Under the pieces are notes generated by a model. That model had not been told where the DNA came from and did no database searches. It was given only the letters and a program-made list of their open reading frames with translations. The translations under genes were made by a program, and so were the position numbers. From contig CAMIVJ010000001.1 in NCBI GenBank assembly GCA_946401765.1, positions 1-26,730 of the forward strand: a stretch of 26,730 bases of DNA. The letters run 5' to 3'. Positions 24,323 to 26,730 of the stretch are shown piece after piece. Every line of letters begins with the position of its first letter. The stretch's first letter is position 1. This DNA comes from an uncultured bacterium (GTDB taxonomy: Bacteria > Verrucomicrobiota > Kiritimatiellia > RFP12 > UBA1067).

Positions 24323-26730
24323 ATGCAGGACTTCGTACATCTCCACGTACACACCACCTACTCCCTCCTCGACGGACAGTGCGGCATAAAGCCGCTCGTG
24401 AAGCGCGCCCGCGAGTGGGGCATGAAGGCGCTCGCAGTCACCGACCACGGCAATCTCTTCGCCCTCAAGGCGTTCTACGACGAATGCAAGTCCAAGAAGG
24501 GCTACGGCGACCTTCCGCCGATCAAGCCGATTCTCGGCTGCGAGGCGTATGTGACGACGAGCGGCGACTACAGGAGCCGCGACAAGAACGAGCGCCGCCG
24601 CCACCTGATCCTTCTCGCGAAGAACCTCGTAGGCTACCACAACCTCGTGCGCCTCATCTCGGAGGCGCACATCAACGGCTTCTACTACAACGCGCGCATC
24701 GACCACAGCCTGCTCGAGAAGTACCACGAGGGCCTGATATGCTCGGCCGCGTGCATCGCGGGCGAGGTGGCTAGCGCTATCGACATGGACCGCATGGACG
24801 AGGCGGAGAAGGCGGCGAAGTGGTACAAGGACGTTTTCGGGGAAGACTACTACCTCGAGGCGATGCTGCACAACTCCACGAAGACCAACATCCCCGGCGC
24901 GGCCATAGACGAGCATCGCGAGCTTTACGCGCGGCAGATCAAGGTGACGAAGGGAATGCTTGAGCTTGGAAGAAGGCTCGACATCCCGGTGGTCGCCACG
25001 AACGACGTCCACTTTCTCGACGCGGCAGACGACGACTCGCACGACGTGCTGCTGTGCCTCTCCACCCAGAAGAAGCTATCCGACGCCTCTCGCCTCATCT
25101 ACACCGGCCAGGAGTGGTTCAAGGACGGCGACGCGATGGCCGCGCTCTTCCCCGAGACGCCCGAGCTCATCTCCAACACCGTCGCGCTCGCAGAGAAGGT
25201 TGAGCAGTACGAGCTCGACTCGAAGCCCATCATGCCGAAGTTCCCCATCCCCGCCGAGTTCGGCAGCGAGACGGACGCGAAGTACGACGAGTTCGCGGAC
25301 GATCCCGCGCAGAGGCGCATCCAGTTCGAGGCCGACTACCTCGACCACCTCGTGTGGGAGGGCGCGAAGCGCCGCTGGCCCGGCGAGAAGCTCACGGCCG
25401 AGAAGAAGGAGCGCGTGCAGTTCGAGCTGGGCACGATCCGCAAGATGGGCTTTCCCGGCTACTTCCTCATCGTGCACGACTACATCAAGGCCGCGCGCGA
25501 CATGGGCGTGTGGGTGGGCCCAGGGCGTGGTTCGGCGGCAGGCGCCGCAGTAGCCTACGCGCTCGGCATCACAAACGTGGACCCCATCAAGTTCGACCTC
25601 CTCTTCGAACGCTTCCTGAACCCCGACCGCATCTCGATGCCCGACATCGACGTGGACTTCGACGACGCCGGACGCGGCAAGGTGCTCGACTACGTCACCT
25701 CGAAGTACGGCGCCGACCATGTGGCCCACATCGTAACGTTCGGGCAGATGGCCGCGAAGAGCGCCATCAAGGACGTCGGGCGCGTGATGGAGTATCCGCT
25801 TGCCGAGACGAACAAGCTCGCCGGCCTCGTGCCGGACACGCCGAAGATCACCTTCAAGGCGGCGATGAGCCCCAAGGACAAGAACGGCGAGACGAACAAG
25901 GACTACTCTCCAGAGCTCGTCGCCGCCTTCAAGAGCGAGGACCCCGTTGTCCACTCCCTCATGGAGCGCGCCGCGCGCCTCGAGGGCTCCATCCGCCAGC
26001 CCGGCGTGCACGCGTGCGGAGTGATCATCTCGCGCGATCCTCTCATCGACACCATCCCCGTGATGCCCACGGAGAACGAGACACTCCTCACCACGCAGTA
26101 CGACGGACACTTCGTGGAGCCGGTGGGCCTTCTGAAGATGGACTTCCTCGGCCTCAAGACCCTCACCGTGGAGAAGGAGTGCGTGGCGCTCATCAAGCAG
26201 TTCCACGGCGTGGATCTCAATCCGGACGACATTCCGGACGACGACGCCGAGACGTATGCGCTCTTCGGGCGCGGCGAGACGACCGGCCTCTTCCAGTTCG
26301 AATCTGACGGCATGAAGAAGTACCTCATGGAGCTTCAGCCGAACCGGCTCGAGGACCTCGTGGCCATGAACGCGCTCTACCGTCCAGGTCCTCTCGCGTA
26401 CATTCCCACCTTCATCGCCCGCAAGCAGGGCCGCGAGCCGATCAAGTACGACCATCCTCTGATGGAGAAGTACCTGAAGGACACGTACGGCGTCACGGTG
26501 TACCAGGAGCAGGTGATGCTTCTCTCGCGCCTCTTGGGCGGCTTCACGCGCGGAGAATCCGACAAGCTTCGCAAGGCGATGGGCAAGAAGCAGCTCGCGG
26601 TGATGGAGGAGCTGAAGGTCAAGTTCGTGGACGGGTGCCTCGCGAACAAGAATTTCCGCATCGACAAGTGGAAGGACGAGAAGGAGGCGCGCAAGCTCAT
26701 CGACAAGATCTGGGACGACTGGAAGGCGTT
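24323..26730 (+). CDS. dnaE: DNA polymerase III alpha subunit, 5' about 802 codons (runs off the window end)
   Basis: Hand translation is open from ATG 24323 to the end: HLHVHT.YSLLDG, TDHGN, GPGRGSAAG, LLFERFLNPDRISMPDIDVDF, GVHACG, KMDFLGL, FQFES, NALYRPGP, YQEQVM, LRKAMGKK. Confidence 0.98.
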   Translation, partial: MQDFVHLHVHTTYSLLDGQCGIKPLVKRAREWGMKALAVTDHGNLFALKAFYDECKSKKGYGDLPPIKPILGCEAYVTTSGDYRSRDKNERRRHLILLAKNLVGYHNLVRLISEAHINGFYYNARIDHSLLEKYHEGLICSAACIAGEVASAIDMDRMDEAEKAAKWYKDVFGEDYYLEAMLHNSTKTNIPGAAIDEHRELYARQIKVTKGMLELGRRLDIPVVATNDVHFLDAADDDSHDVLLCLSTQKKLSDASRLIYTGQEWFKDGDAMAALFPETPELISNTVALAEKVEQYELDSKPIMPKFPIPAEFGSETDAKYDEFADDPAQRRIQFEADYLDHLVWEGAKRRWPGEKLTAEKKERVQFELGTIRKMGFPGYFLIVHDYIKAARDMGVWVGPGRGSAAGAAVAYALGITNVDPIKFDLLFERFLNPDRISMPDIDVDFDDAGRGKVLDYVTSKYGADHVAHIVTFGQMAAKSAIKDVGRVMEYPLAETNKLAGLVPDTPKITFKAAMSPKDKNGETNKDYSPELVAAFKSEDPVVHSLMERAARLEGSIRQPGVHACGVIISRDPLIDTIPVMPTENETLLTTQYDGHFVEPVGLLKMDFLGLKTLTVEKECVALIKQFHGVDLNPDDIPDDDAETYALFGRGETTGLFQFESDGMKKYLMELQPNRLEDLVAMNALYRPGPLAYIPTFIARKQGREPIKYDHPLMEKYLKDTYGVTVYQEQVMLLSRLLGGFTRGESDKLRKAMGKKQLAVMEELKVKFVDGCLANKNFRIDKWKDEKEARKLIDKIWDDWKA

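Noticed and set aside
24307-26307. dnaE as a frameshifted pseudogene, since the ORF track shows only fragments
   Set aside because: Hand translation from ATG 24323 is open to the window end; it is absent from the track only because it has no stop in the window.
580-26455. Many long minus-strand and alternate-frame ORFs (e.g. 6028-7341, 18932-20086, 20162-21223, 25076-26455)
   Set aside because: Each mirrors a well-supported + strand gene, is Arg/Ala/Gly-rich with no motifs, and is expected from stop-codon scarcity in high-GC DNA.
24323-26730. Intein in dnaE
   Set aside because: No intein motifs or large insertion in the visible part; the common insertion site near FNKSH lies beyond the window and cannot be assessed.
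1-26730. Prophage, IS, integron or defence island
   Set aside because: No integrase, transposase, phage structural or defence-gene motifs, and no obvious compositional break; the secretin lacks filamentous-phage neighbours.

Overview
High-GC bacterial chromosome segment. All 28 supported genes are on the + strand, and the long minus-strand ORFs look like GC shadows. Order: end of a trpB-trpA-trpF block; argJ-xseA-PP2C phosphatase; a probable 8-gene operon (beta-repeat surface protein, DUF1015, DUF2062, Xaa-Pro aminopeptidase, cyclophilin, pglE/pglC/pglD-like genes); hisG; a 29-aa bS22/AURKAIP1-like peptide missed by the ORF track; a secretin with an unusual N-terminal domain plus a large prepilin-type protein; an orphan OppD-like ATPase plus an NSS transporter; a divergent GH20; rnhC coupled to an ExbB/ExbD/TonB (or TolQRA) motor; a conserved-looking hypothetical; and the 5' part of dnaE, which runs off the window. 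Six sigma70-type promoters and three short tandem 7-8 nt repeat arrays are visible between genes. I saw no tRNA, rRNA, CRISPR array or mobile element. Gene content suggests a PVC-superphylum host (Kiritimatiellae/Lentisphaerae-like), which is inference only. Most of the window is housekeeping. The best leads are the secretin with a fused GspC-HR/PilP-like domain, the tiny ribosomal-protein-like ORF, the intergenic repeat family and a DnaE that looks Bacteroidales-like. All family assignments come from motif recognition; no database search was run.
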